A DNA stretch of 64,000 bases from Candidatus Euphemobacter frigidus (lineage in GTDB: Bacteria; Auribacterota; Erginobacteria; Erginobacterales; Erginobacteraceae). Where the stretch lies: the NCBI GenBank assembly GCA_030765805.1, contig JAVCDH010000091.1:19047-83046 (forward strand). Direction: 5' to 3'. This document shows, piece after piece, positions 38,561 to 47,757 of the stretch. Made by a program: the position numbers and the translations under genes. Below the pieces are notes generated by a model. The model saw only the letters and a program-made list of their open reading frames with translations, searched no databases and was not told the origin of the DNA. Every line of letters starts with the position of its first letter. Positions within the stretch are counted from its first letter, which is position 1.

Positions 38561-40057
38561 CTAGAAATTAATATCTTCCGGGCGGTAGTTCAACTCATCC
38601 TTGAGGCGCAGCTCGTCGTCATAATGGAGGATCGGGCGGCGGATAGCCAGGACATCGTCGGTCCGGCGGATTCTGGTCCGATGGGGGGCATCCCGCAGCA
38701 ATTCCGGATTGCTCCGGGCCTCTTCCGAGATCTTGATCATCACCGCGATAAAATCATCGAGGACCTCTTTCCCCTCTGACTCGCAGGGCTCGACCATCAT
38801 CGTTTCTTCAGCGTACGGCTTAAAATGAGGGAAGTAGATGGTGGGAGGATAGTAGCCATAGTCCATCAGCCGCTTGGCGATATCCATGGTCTTTACCCCC
38901 AGCTTTTTGTAGTCGCGACCGGTCAGGACGCATTCATGGGCGCAGAACCGGTCATAGGAGGGGCGATAATAATCCTTCAACTTTACCAGAACGTAGTTGG
39001 CGTTGATGACACTCGCCTCCGATACCTCGCGCAATCCCTTCCCCCCCAGGGAGAGAATCCAGGCATAAGCTTTAATCAGGACGGAAAAGTTGCTCCAGAA
39101 GGCCCTCATCATCCCGATGCTCTTCTCTCCCGGATCACGGAGCCGGTAGTTCTCCCCGTTGAAGACGACTACCGGGGAAGGAAGATAAGGCGAGAGAAAC
39201 TTCTTCACCCCGACCGGACCGGCGCCGGGGCCTCCTCCGCCGTGGGGCGTCGCGAATGTCTTATGGAGGTTGAGATGAACTATGTCAAAGCCGGTATCCC
39301 CCGGCCGGAGTATCCCCAGGGTGGCGTTGAGATTTGCTCCGTCATAATAGAGGAGGCCGCCTTTACCATGCACGATCTTAGCTATCTCGTCGATCCGGCC
39401 ATCGAACAGCCCCACTGTATTGGGATTGGTAAGCATCATCCCGGCGGTGTCTTCGTCCATCAACCGTTCCAGTTCCCCGATATCGACGGTTCCCGATTTA
39501 TTTGATTTCAGCTCAACCACCTTGAACCCGGCCATCGCGGAAGAGGCGGGGTTGGTCCCGTGAGCGGAGTCCGGTACCAGCATCTTGCTCCTCTGTTCTC
39601 CCCGGTCCTCAAAATACTTCCGGATAATCAAGATCCCCGCCAGCTCCCCATGAGCTCCGGCGGCGGGGGCCAGGGTGTAGGCATCCATCCCGGTGATCCG
39701 GCAGAGTAGTACACTTAAGTCGTGCATCAACTTCAGACACCCCTGAACGGTATCCGCGGGAGCAAAGGGATGGGCGTTGGCAAAATTACCCAGCCCGGCC
39801 AGGTGCTCGTTCACCTTGGGGTTATACTTCATGGTGCAGGAGCCCAGCGGATAGAGGCCGTCCTCGATCCCGTAGTTGAACTTGGAAAGCTGGGTGAAAT
39901 GACGGACCACATCGACCTCCGAGGCCTCGATGAGGTCCTTTTTTCGGCCTCGCGCGTAAGGAGGGATGCAGTCCTCCACCCGAATCTCCTCGATCCGGTC
40001 CGCGGGCAGGGAGTACCCCACTCTTCCTTTTATACTCTTCTCAAATATTAACTTCAT
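38561..40057 (-). CDS. gcvPB: Glycine dehydrogenase (decarboxylating) subunit 2
   Basis: YPLGSCTMKYNP, AHGTNPAS, HLNLHKTFATPHGGGGPG. Confidence 0.95.
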   Translation of the reverse strand: MKLIFEKSIKGRVGYSLPADRIEEIRVEDCIPPYARGRKKDLIEASEVDVVRHFTQLSKFNYGIEDGLYPLGSCTMKYNPKVNEHLAGLGNFANAHPFAPADTVQGCLKLMHDLSVLLCRITGMDAYTLAPAAGAHGELAGILIIRKYFEDRGEQRSKMLVPDSAHGTNPASSAMAGFKVVELKSNKSGTVDIGELERLMDEDTAGMMLTNPNTVGLFDGRIDEIAKIVHGKGGLLYYDGANLNATLGILRPGDTGFDIVHLNLHKTFATPHGGGGPGAGPVGVKKFLSPYLPSPVVVFNGENYRLRDPGEKSIGMMRAFWSNFSVLIKAYAWILSLGGKGLREVSEASVINANYVLVKLKDYYRPSYDRFCAHECVLTGRDYKKLGVKTMDIAKRLMDYGYYPPTIYFPHFKPYAEETMMVEPCESEGKEVLDDFIAVMIKISEEARSNPELLRDAPHRTRIRRTDDVLAIRRPILHYDDELRLKDELNYRPEDINF

Positions 40058-40096
40058 CTTCTCTCCCTAACTACTACAGCTAAATATAACCGCGGA

Positions 40097-41440
40097 TTAT
40101 GTGGATAAGAGTTGGGTGACGCGATTGAGTTTTTCCCGGCTGAAGATCTCGGTCACGCAAAAAAGCGCGGTGTTCTCCAATGATTCGTCTCCAATAAATG
40201 CGCCCAGGGCCAGGGGGGGGAGGAAGCCGGCTTCAAGTAAGCTCGCCCTGATCCCGGGGAGCGGTTTTTTGCTTCTAAGCAGGAATTCATTAAAGAAAGG
40301 ATAGTCGAAGACCCGTTCAAACCCGCCTGAGGCGACCAGCCGTTCCTCCAGGTAATGAGCGGCCCGGGTATTGAGGAGGGCGGTCTGATAGAATCCTTCG
40401 GTCCCCAGGAGGGAGAGGTAGATATCGGAGGCGATGATATTAAGACCGTGGTTGGAGCAGATGCAGGAGGTCGCCTTCTCTCTCCGGATATCCTGCTCCC
40501 GGGCCCGGGATGTCATCACGAAAACACGCTTGCCGTCCCGGTCCACCGTCTCTCCCGCAATCCGGCCGGGGAGCTGCCGGAGATACTTCTTCCGGGCTCC
40601 GAGGTATCCGTTATAAGGGCCCCCGAAGCTGAGTTCCATTCCCAACGACTGAGCCTCCCCGGCCACGATATCGACGTCCATTTCACCGGGCGTCTTCAAC
40701 AACCCCAGGGAGATACTCTCCGCCACCACCTGGATAAACAACGCGGAGCGGGCATGAGCGAGCCCGGCTAATTCCGCGATCTTCTCGATCCCGCCGAAAA
40801 AATTCGGGCTCTGAACGATCACCGCCGCCGTATCATCAGTTAGTACTTTTTCCAATCTCGGTCCGGCGACCAGCCCATCCTGATAGGGCAGTTCGATTAT
40901 CTCCGTCCCATGGGGAGCGGTATAGGTCTCGACAACCGATCGGTAATGAGGATGGAGGGTAGAGGAGATGATGATCCTGTTCTTCCTGGTCAGGCGGAGA
41001 GACATCAAGGCTGCCTCCGCGGTGGCCGAGGCGCCGTCATACACCGAGGGGATGACGACCTCCATCCCGGTTAACCGGGCGAGGTAGGTCTGCAGCTCAA
41101 ACATCGCCTGGAGGGTGCCCTGGCTGAGTTCCGGTTGATAGGGGGTGTAGGAAGTGTAGAACTCTTCCCTCCCCAGCAGGGCCTGGATTGCCCGGGGGAG
41201 ATGGTGTTTATAGGCGCCGGCTCCAATCAGCGGTTTCAGGGAAGTGAAGTCGGCGTTTCGTTTGGCCAAGTCAGCGAACTCCTCCTCCAGCTCCGCCTCC
41301 GAGAGGGGTCCCGGGATATCCAACTCCCCTCTGAATCTCATCTCCTCGGGTATAGTCCCGATCAACTCTTCAAAAGATGAGACCCCGATCTCCTTCAGCA
41401 TCTCCCGCTTCTGCTGATCGGTATTGGCGATATAGCGCAT
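40097..41440 (-). CDS. gcvPA: Glycine dehydrogenase (decarboxylating) subunit 1
   Basis: GAGAY.H, YTSYTPYQPELSQG, REQ.IRREKATS.IC. Confidence 0.95.
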   Translation of the reverse strand: MRYIANTDQQKREMLKEIGVSSFEELIGTIPEEMRFRGELDIPGPLSEAELEEEFADLAKRNADFTSLKPLIGAGAYKHHLPRAIQALLGREEFYTSYTPYQPELSQGTLQAMFELQTYLARLTGMEVVIPSVYDGASATAEAALMSLRLTRKNRIIISSTLHPHYRSVVETYTAPHGTEIIELPYQDGLVAGPRLEKVLTDDTAAVIVQSPNFFGGIEKIAELAGLAHARSALFIQVVAESISLGLLKTPGEMDVDIVAGEAQSLGMELSFGGPYNGYLGARKKYLRQLPGRIAGETVDRDGKRVFVMTSRAREQDIRREKATSCICSNHGLNIIASDIYLSLLGTEGFYQTALLNTRAAHYLEERLVASGGFERVFDYPFFNEFLLRSKKPLPGIRASLLEAGFLPPLALGAFIGDESLENTALFCVTEIFSREKLNRVTQLLST

Positions 41441-41470
41441 GTAAATCAATCTCCGACCGCTCAATTTAGG

Positions 41471-41857
41471 TTATACTTCTTCTTCCTTCAGGTACTTCTC
41501 GTACGCGGCATAGTCCATCAATTCGTCGAGAGGGGCCGAATCAGAGATCTCAAGCTCGACCAGCCAGCCCTCGCCGTAGGGAGACTCGTTGATCTTCTGA
41601 GGATTATCCTCCAGATCGGAATTGACCGCGGTGATCTTTCCGGGTGCCGGAGCGTAGACGTCGGAGGTCGCCTTCACTGATTCCAGAGTCACCAGGCTTG
41701 CCCCTTTCTCCACTTCTGTTCCCGGCTCAGGAAGCTCCACATAGACAATATCGGTCAATTCCTTCTGCGCGTAATCGGAGATGCCGATACGGGCCGGCGA
41801 TTTGCCGCTTTCAATCCATTCATGGTCCTTGGTAAAAAGTAAGTCTTCCGGATTCAT
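41471..41857 (-). CDS. gcvH: Glycine cleavage system H protein
   Basis: HEW, GISDYAQ, ESVKA lipoyl-lysine, IN.SPY.EGW. Confidence 0.95.
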   Translation of the reverse strand: MNPEDLLFTKDHEWIESGKSPARIGISDYAQKELTDIVYVELPEPGTEVEKGASLVTLESVKATSDVYAPAPGKITAVNSDLEDNPQKINESPYGEGWLVELEISDSAPLDELMDYAAYEKYLKEEEV

Positions 41858-41908
41858 CAGGAGCCTCCTTATTTTATTACCGCGCGGAATCGCGCCGTTC
41901 GAATCGAT

Positions 41909-42199
41909 TCACCAGCTTTTTGAGGCATGGGCCCTCCGCCGGTGGGCTTGAGGATCGATGAACATCTGCTCTATCCCCTTTTCCTTCATCTCCAGAAAAT
42001 GTTTCCAGCGCTTGGGTCCGATCACCTTCTCGATGGTGCCCGGATCCAGCACCTGCGGCGGGAGACAGAACTCGAGTTTGATTGTGCAGGTCTCCAGCCG
42101 CTCTTCCCCTTCATCGGTGAGGGTCAGCTTAACGATAAAGACACCATTAATTGTGGGGCTCTCCAACTGATAGCCGCCTTCTATCCCTTTTGCGATCAT
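41909..42199 (-). CDS. Hypothetical protein
   Basis: 96-aa ORF with a GGAG RBS inside a co-oriented cluster. Confidence 0.55.
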   Translation of the reverse strand: MIAKGIEGGYQLESPTINGVFIVKLTLTDEGEERLETCTIKLEFCLPPQVLDPGTIEKVIGPKRWKHFLEMKEKGIEQMFIDPQAHRRRAHASKSW

Positions 42200-42217
42200 A
42201 GTTCTTTCTCCCGGCTG

Positions 42218-43684
42218 TTATTGGTATTTCTTCAGAAGTCCGGTCTTATCATTGAAATCCTTGATTAATTCATCCCATTCTTCGTAGGCATGGAACTGCT
42301 TAGACCAGTAATCGTCGTCATACCACTGGGCGTTCAGTTCTTCCAGTTCCTTTCCCTGCTGCTCGATCCAGGTAAAATACTTGAGATTATGCATCCGTTT
42401 CTTATCCCAGTAAGTGAGTTCCTTCATCCAGTCGATGGTCTGGGCCATCAATGATCTTTCAAAATCCAGGATCGCTTTCATTTCAGTGTAGTCACCGTAC
42501 TCTTCCTGTTCTTCCACCAGACGCGATCCATACATATCCATCGAGTCGGTAGCCACGGTCATGATAATGGAATCGTCATTCATCTCGTAGTACTTCGCCA
42601 TCTTGATGCAGCCCAGAAGATTGGCAACCGATGATATCCCCAGCAGATTGAGCCGGTTCACCACCTCCGGGTCGATCCCTTTCTTCTTTAGATACGCCAG
42701 GCCGGCCGGCTCGTTAAAGAGACGGATCAGATCCATGCAGTCCTGATCATCGATATCGATCACCATATCCATGGTCTTGATGTTATGGATCCAGGGGACA
42801 TGCTTATCTCCGATTCCTTCGATCCGGTGACCGCCGTATCCATTGTAAAGCAAGGTCGGGCACTGGAGAGCTTCCGCGGCCCCCACCTTGATCTCAGGAA
42901 ATTTCTCTTTCAGGTACTCCGCGCTGCCCAGTGTACCGGCGGACCCCTGGGTGAGACAGAGGGCGCGCAATTTTTCTTTCCCTCTCCTCTTCGCGTGGTA
43001 GACCTCTTCCATCGCCCGGCCGGTGCAGACATAGTGCCAGATGGCGTTGCCGATCTGATCGAACTGGTTCAGAACCACGATCTCATCCGGCCGCTTCATC
43101 TTCAGTTCCTTGGTCTTATCGTAGACCTCCTTCACATTGCTCTCGCAGCCCGGGGTGGCAAAGATCTCGCATCCAACCTTCTTCAGCCAGTCAAACCGCT
43201 CCCGGGACATCCCCTCCGGAAGGACCGCGATTGAAGGACAGGCCAGGAGATACGCGTCATAGGCGCCCCCCCGGCAGTAATTCCCGGTTGAGGGCCAGAG
43301 AGCCTTCTGGCAGGTAGGATCGAACTCGCCCCGGACCAGTTTTTCGACCAGCGGGCCGAAGGTGGCCCCTACCTTGTGGGCTCCGGTGGGAAAGTACTTC
43401 CCGACCAACATTAATATTCGGGCCCGTACCCCGGTCAGTTCCCGGGGGATCTCCAGATAATTGACCTTCCCGAAACCACCGCCGACCTGCACCGGTTCAT
43501 TTTTCCAGGTGATCCGGAACATATTGCGGGGACTCAGGTCCCAGAGGCCGATACTTTTTAGTTCGTCTTTGATCCCGGCGGGGATCTTCCCGGGATCGGC
43601 CATCTGTTCATAAGTGGGGATGATGATATCCCTTTCCCGGCATCTTTTAATAGTGTTCTCGAGAACTTTTTCCTTATCTTTCAA
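42218..43684 (-). CDS. PLP-dependent fold-type II enzyme (threonine/cysteine synthase-like)
   Basis: PTGAHKVG PLP lysine, STGNY, GSAGT, IEGIG. Confidence 0.8.
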   Translation of the reverse strand: MKDKEKVLENTIKRCRERDIIIPTYEQMADPGKIPAGIKDELKSIGLWDLSPRNMFRITWKNEPVQVGGGFGKVNYLEIPRELTGVRARILMLVGKYFPTGAHKVGATFGPLVEKLVRGEFDPTCQKALWPSTGNYCRGGAYDAYLLACPSIAVLPEGMSRERFDWLKKVGCEIFATPGCESNVKEVYDKTKELKMKRPDEIVVLNQFDQIGNAIWHYVCTGRAMEEVYHAKRRGKEKLRALCLTQGSAGTLGSAEYLKEKFPEIKVGAAEALQCPTLLYNGYGGHRIEGIGDKHVPWIHNIKTMDMVIDIDDQDCMDLIRLFNEPAGLAYLKKKGIDPEVVNRLNLLGISSVANLLGCIKMAKYYEMNDDSIIMTVATDSMDMYGSRLVEEQEEYGDYTEMKAILDFERSLMAQTIDWMKELTYWDKKRMHNLKYFTWIEQQGKELEELNAQWYDDDYWSKQFHAYEEWDELIKDFNDKTGLLKKYQ

Positions 43685-43869
43685 TGCTGCTCAGCCTCCT
43701 TATTGTCTTATCGTGAAACTAAAATTTATAGGTCCCGTCCCGGAAAGATAGCGGGGACCATGGATCTTTTATTGAAATTACAACTTTAAAGATCAGCTCC
43801 GGGGAAGCAGGATACCGATTTAAATTGTCGTGCGCTCAAGACGCGCCCCAACTTCCTATGCCATATTTA

Positions 43870-45036
43870 TCAAAAGCCGCTTATGGAGTCAATCCGGTTT
43901 TGCCTCGAAAGCCCGGCCGCTTCACGGTAGACCTCCAGAGTTTTCCACGCGGTCTCCTCCCAGTTGAATTTTTCGGCGTGAATTCTACCGCGCGCGATCA
44001 ATCGACGACGGAGATCATCATTCGAAAGGCAATCCAGGAGAGTTCGGGTGATATCTTCCACGGAATAAGGGTTGAAGAGGCAGGCCGCCTCTCCCGCCAC
44101 CTCCGCCAGGGACGGAAGTTCTGAGCAGGCGACGGGAAGCCCGCACCGCATACTCTCCAGTATCGGTAGCCCGAATCCTTCCAGCAGAGAAGGAAAGACC
44201 AGCAGCCTTGCTTCGTTATAGATGCACTCTTTCTCCCGTTCGGGTATCCAACCGGTAAAGACAACTCTTCCCCGCAGATTCAATCGTTCCAGCATATTCA
44301 CCAGTTTCTGGTAGTAACGGTTGTGCTTTACTCCGACGATCACCAGTTGATAGCGTTTCTCTTCTTTCAGGAGTTGGTAATAAGCTTCCAGGAGCCGCAT
44401 TAGATTTTTGTGCGGATGGGCCGCGGCGACGGTCAGGATAAACGGTGGGACAATCCCCGCCTTATGTAATATCCGGTTTCTTTCTTCGCGGGGGATTTGA
44501 GGGGGCTTGTCCTCCCCGCCCCCCATATAGATCGCTTTAATCTTCCAGAAGGGGATATCGAGCGCCCAGAGGATCTCGTCCCGGGAATACCGGGAGAGAG
44601 CGATGATGGCCCGGGCGCGCCGGGCCGAATGCCTCACCAGAAACCGCATCCACGTTCGGGCCGCGAAAGGGAAGGTCTCCGGGAATTCAAGATAGATCAG
44701 GTCGAGGATAGTTATTACCGAAGGGCAGGGAGAGAAGAGAGGGGCGACGAAACCGGGAGAATGGAGAACATTCAGGTTGTGTTGCCGGGCCCGGTATGGA
44801 AGGACGAGTTGTTCCCAGGCGATCCGGTGGGGACGGATCAGGGCCCGGACCGGGCAGTGGTGCTCCCGGAAGTTATCGCCCAGATCGAAGGAGCCGCTGT
44901 TCTCCCGGTTGGTGAAGACGATATACTCATTCTCCCGGTCGATTCGGGAGAGAGCCGAGATCAGCCGCCGGAGATAGATCTCGCTCCCCCCGACCCGTCC
45001 AGGGATAAGATATAAAGCGTTGATACCGATCTTCAT
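43870..45036 (-). CDS. Glycosyltransferase family 4
   Basis: PHKN, FPS..EGFGLP.LE.M..G.PV. Confidence 0.92.
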   Translation of the reverse strand: MKIGINALYLIPGRVGGSEIYLRRLISALSRIDRENEYIVFTNRENSGSFDLGDNFREHHCPVRALIRPHRIAWEQLVLPYRARQHNLNVLHSPGFVAPLFSPCPSVITILDLIYLEFPETFPFAARTWMRFLVRHSARRARAIIALSRYSRDEILWALDIPFWKIKAIYMGGGEDKPPQIPREERNRILHKAGIVPPFILTVAAAHPHKNLMRLLEAYYQLLKEEKRYQLVIVGVKHNRYYQKLVNMLERLNLRGRVVFTGWIPEREKECIYNEARLLVFPSLLEGFGLPILESMRCGLPVACSELPSLAEVAGEAACLFNPYSVEDITRTLLDCLSNDDLRRRLIARGRIHAEKFNWEETAWKTLEVYREAAGLSRQNRIDSISGF

Positions 45037-45101
45037 TATTTTTTATCTTATAGAAATTTGTATTTTTTGACAGGATTTACAGGATAAAATGAAAAAAATT
45101 C

Positions 45102-45265
45102 GTAACTGCTCAGGTTGTCAGGTTCACGGTTCACGGTTTGTTGCCTTGCGCACTTCATGTGCCAATTGCCAAACCTCAATATCTTCAGACCGTTCAATCT
45201 TTATCACTCTCTAACCGTGAACCTTTGAACCGTGAACCCCTGAACCCCTGAACCGGAGTAGTTAC
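45102..45265 (-). mobile_element. Deleted (MITE-like) four-helix-bundle cassette with terminal inverted repeats and inverted 7-8-nt arrays
   Basis: TIRs GTAACTGCTC (45102-11) and GAGTAGTTAC (45256-65); GGTTCAC-type units at 45112-38 and TGAACC-type units at 45213-54. Confidence 0.7.
45124..45207 (-). pseudogene. Internally deleted four helix bundle gene remnant (27 codons)
   Basis: GTG start, MIKIERSEDIEVWQLAHEVRKATNREP*; EDIEVW aligns with EDLEVW of 7378-7734. Confidence 0.75.
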
Positions 45266-46284
45266 TACTCTTTTAAAGCGAGTTCCCGGGCGGAGAGAGC
45301 AAATCGTTTGAACCAGCTGTAGAACTCACGGTTGCTCACTTTCTTCCGGCGTTTGATCATCAAACGTTTCCGCCACATTCGGGGAATGCCGGCCAGAGCG
45401 GCCAGGTGGGCCTTGATCAATATCTTCAGCAGTGAGAACGCCGAGTACTTCCGGGCATACTCGCCCGCCGCCCCCTTCCCGGCCAGGACTCCGTAGACCT
45501 GAAGCAGAAGTCGAAAAGCCGCGTAGGCCGGCGCCAGCATTAAGGCCCCGGGAGGAAAGTATTTAATCGTCAGCCAGATCCGGTTCCGTTCTACCAGGAA
45601 CGCTTTAAAAGGCGAATAGGCCCCGGTAGTCGCCGAGTATTTATGATAAACGACGGCCGAGGGGACATAGATGACCTTCCAGCCCGCCAGCCTAATCCTC
45701 AGCGAGAGCTCGGCGTCATCGCCATAGATGAAGAATTCTTCGTCAAAGAACCCCACTTCATCCAACGCTTCCTTCCGGATCAGGAATGCGCAGCCACTGG
45801 GGGAGAGAACCTCTTCTTCTCTGTCATATTGTCCCCGATCAACCTCCAGACGACCCCGGCCCCGGAAAGTACCATCCCGATAAAATATATGTCCGACATT
45901 ATCAATTATCTCCGGCCGGTAATAGGAAAGAATCTTACATGCGGCCAGGCCATAACCGGGCCGGTCTCTCAAGGCCTCGACCATCGCCTCCAGCCAGCTC
46001 GGGTCGACTCGGGTATCGTCATTAAGCAGGGCGATATACTCTCCCCGGGCGTCTCTCAGCCCGGCGTTATTGCCCCCGGTATAACCGATATTCTCGGGAA
46101 GTTCGATAATCCGGGCGAAATCTCCGAAGCGCTCCCGAACGAATTCCGCTGAGCCGTCCTCCGACCCGTTGATCACCAGGATCACTTCCCGGCGGGGATA
46201 GGTCTGCGCCTTGAGAGCGTTCAAACACTCTTCCAGATGTTCCCGGCCATTGCAGGTCAGGACGATGACAGAAACTAGTTCCAT
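45265..46284 (-). CDS. Glycosyltransferase family 2
   Basis: VSVIV, NGSEDGS, N.G..GGNN.G, LLNDD, FDE.FF.Y.DD. Confidence 0.92.
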   Translation of the reverse strand: MELVSVIVLTCNGREHLEECLNALKAQTYPRREVILVINGSEDGSAEFVRERFGDFARIIELPENIGYTGGNNAGLRDARGEYIALLNDDTRVDPSWLEAMVEALRDRPGYGLAACKILSYYRPEIIDNVGHIFYRDGTFRGRGRLEVDRGQYDREEEVLSPSGCAFLIRKEALDEVGFFDEEFFIYGDDAELSLRIRLAGWKVIYVPSAVVYHKYSATTGAYSPFKAFLVERNRIWLTIKYFPPGALMLAPAYAAFRLLLQVYGVLAGKGAAGEYARKYSAFSLLKILIKAHLAALAGIPRMWRKRLMIKRRKKVSNREFYSWFKRFALSARELALKE

Positions 46285-46306
46285 GATGGCTGTATCGGTG
46301 ATCGGG

Positions 46307-47728
46307 TTAAAACGCTCCCTCCCCCCGGATAACCACCCATATCGTCCTCAGGATGATCTTGATGTCCAGCCAGAAGGACCAGTTCTCGATATAGAAGAGG
46401 TCAAGCTTCATCCACTCTCGGAAAGAGAGGTTGCTCCGCCCCCTGACCTGCCAGAGGCAGGTCAGCCCCGGCCGGATCTCCAGCCGCTTGAGCTGCCAGT
46501 TGGCATACTGCTCCACCTCGTTGGGAGTGGGAGGCCGGGGCCCGACCAGACTCATGTCTCCTTTCAGAACGTTCCAGAGCTGGGGAAGTTCGTCCAGACT
46601 GTAGCGCCGGAGGAATCTCCCCACCCGGCTTATGCGGGGATCGTTCTTGACCTTGAATATCGGACCGTCGGTCTCATCCAGATGCCGGAGCATTTCCAGC
46701 ATCTTGTCGGCGTCCTTGACCATCGTTCGGTACTTATAGAAGTTGAAGATTTTCCCCTTCTTCCCGTTGCGCTTCGATATATAAAAGATCGGACCCGGAG
46801 AGTCCATCTTGATGGACAGTGCTATCCCGAGCATGAGGGGGGTGAGTACGATCAGGGATAGAGCCGAGACCACGATATCGAATGCCCTCTTCAGGAGCAG
46901 GTCGGCGCCGTGGAGCCCCTTGTTGTAGTATTCCAACAACGGGATCATTCCCAGGTGACCGGCCCGGATCCCCTCCATCCCCAGGCTCAAAAGGTCCGGG
47001 ACCACCCGGATACTCTTCTCCAGCTTCCGGGCGGAGAGAATCAGGCGGGCGACCAAACGCCGTTCGGAGGGGATAGAGATCAGTATATCGTCCACGAACT
47101 CTCTCCGGACCACCTCTTCAAAATCGCCGCACGGGCCCAGGATCTGATGACCATCCACCTCCCCGGTCAGCTGATCGTCCAGAAAACCAACCACCTCCAA
47201 CCCCAGGTACCGGTTTCGCGCTATCTCCCGGGCCAGGGCCCGACCGACCTTACCCGCCCCGATGATCAGAACGTGCTGGTTGTTAAACCCCCGGGCGACC
47301 CGTCGCCGGACCAGATACCGCTTCAAAGTCCTCCAACCAGCCAGTATAATAAATAAGGAAACAGCCTGAATAATAAAAACTTCCCGGGAGAATATTTTCA
47401 CTTGAAAGAAAAATACCGCACCGGCCGCCGGGAGAATGGCGAGAATTAGTGCTTTAGCAATTAAAACCGCCTCATCAAGATAAGCTATTGTACGGTCAGT
47501 GGTATAAAGGCCGTATATTTTGAAGACAAGAAGAATAAGTACCCCCCAGAAAAGAAAAACCAGAGAGTGGTACCCCAGTTCAGGCAGAAAAATCGCTTCC
47601 TTGCTTCCCGTCTGGAAGAGGCGGCAGAAAACGCCGTGGTTATACTTGAGGAGATAAGGAATATAGAGACAACCGATGATTAGAATGACATCGATCAACA
47701 TATATAATATCTGAACTCTAGATTTCAA
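46307..47728 (-). CDS. Polyprenyl-phosphate sugar phosphotransferase (WcaJ/CpsE-type initiating GT)
   Basis: KRAFD, K.RTM, DPR...G.FLRR.SLDELPQL.NVL.GDMSLVGPRP, PG.T..WQV.GR. Confidence 0.93.
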   Translation of the reverse strand: MKSRVQILYMLIDVILIIGCLYIPYLLKYNHGVFCRLFQTGSKEAIFLPELGYHSLVFLFWGVLILLVFKIYGLYTTDRTIAYLDEAVLIAKALILAILPAAGAVFFFQVKIFSREVFIIQAVSLFIILAGWRTLKRYLVRRRVARGFNNQHVLIIGAGKVGRALAREIARNRYLGLEVVGFLDDQLTGEVDGHQILGPCGDFEEVVRREFVDDILISIPSERRLVARLILSARKLEKSIRVVPDLLSLGMEGIRAGHLGMIPLLEYYNKGLHGADLLLKRAFDIVVSALSLIVLTPLMLGIALSIKMDSPGPIFYISKRNGKKGKIFNFYKYRTMVKDADKMLEMLRHLDETDGPIFKVKNDPRISRVGRFLRRYSLDELPQLWNVLKGDMSLVGPRPPTPNEVEQYANWQLKRLEIRPGLTCLWQVRGRSNLSFREWMKLDLFYIENWSFWLDIKIILRTIWVVIRGEGAF

Positions 47729-47757
47729 GGCTTCCTTCCCCGGGCCAAAGCATTCTT

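Noticed and set aside
43685..43869. Glycine riboswitch upstream of the gcv-containing cluster
   Set aside because: Hairpins exist but I could not find the conserved aptamer motifs; an Rfam scan would be decisive.
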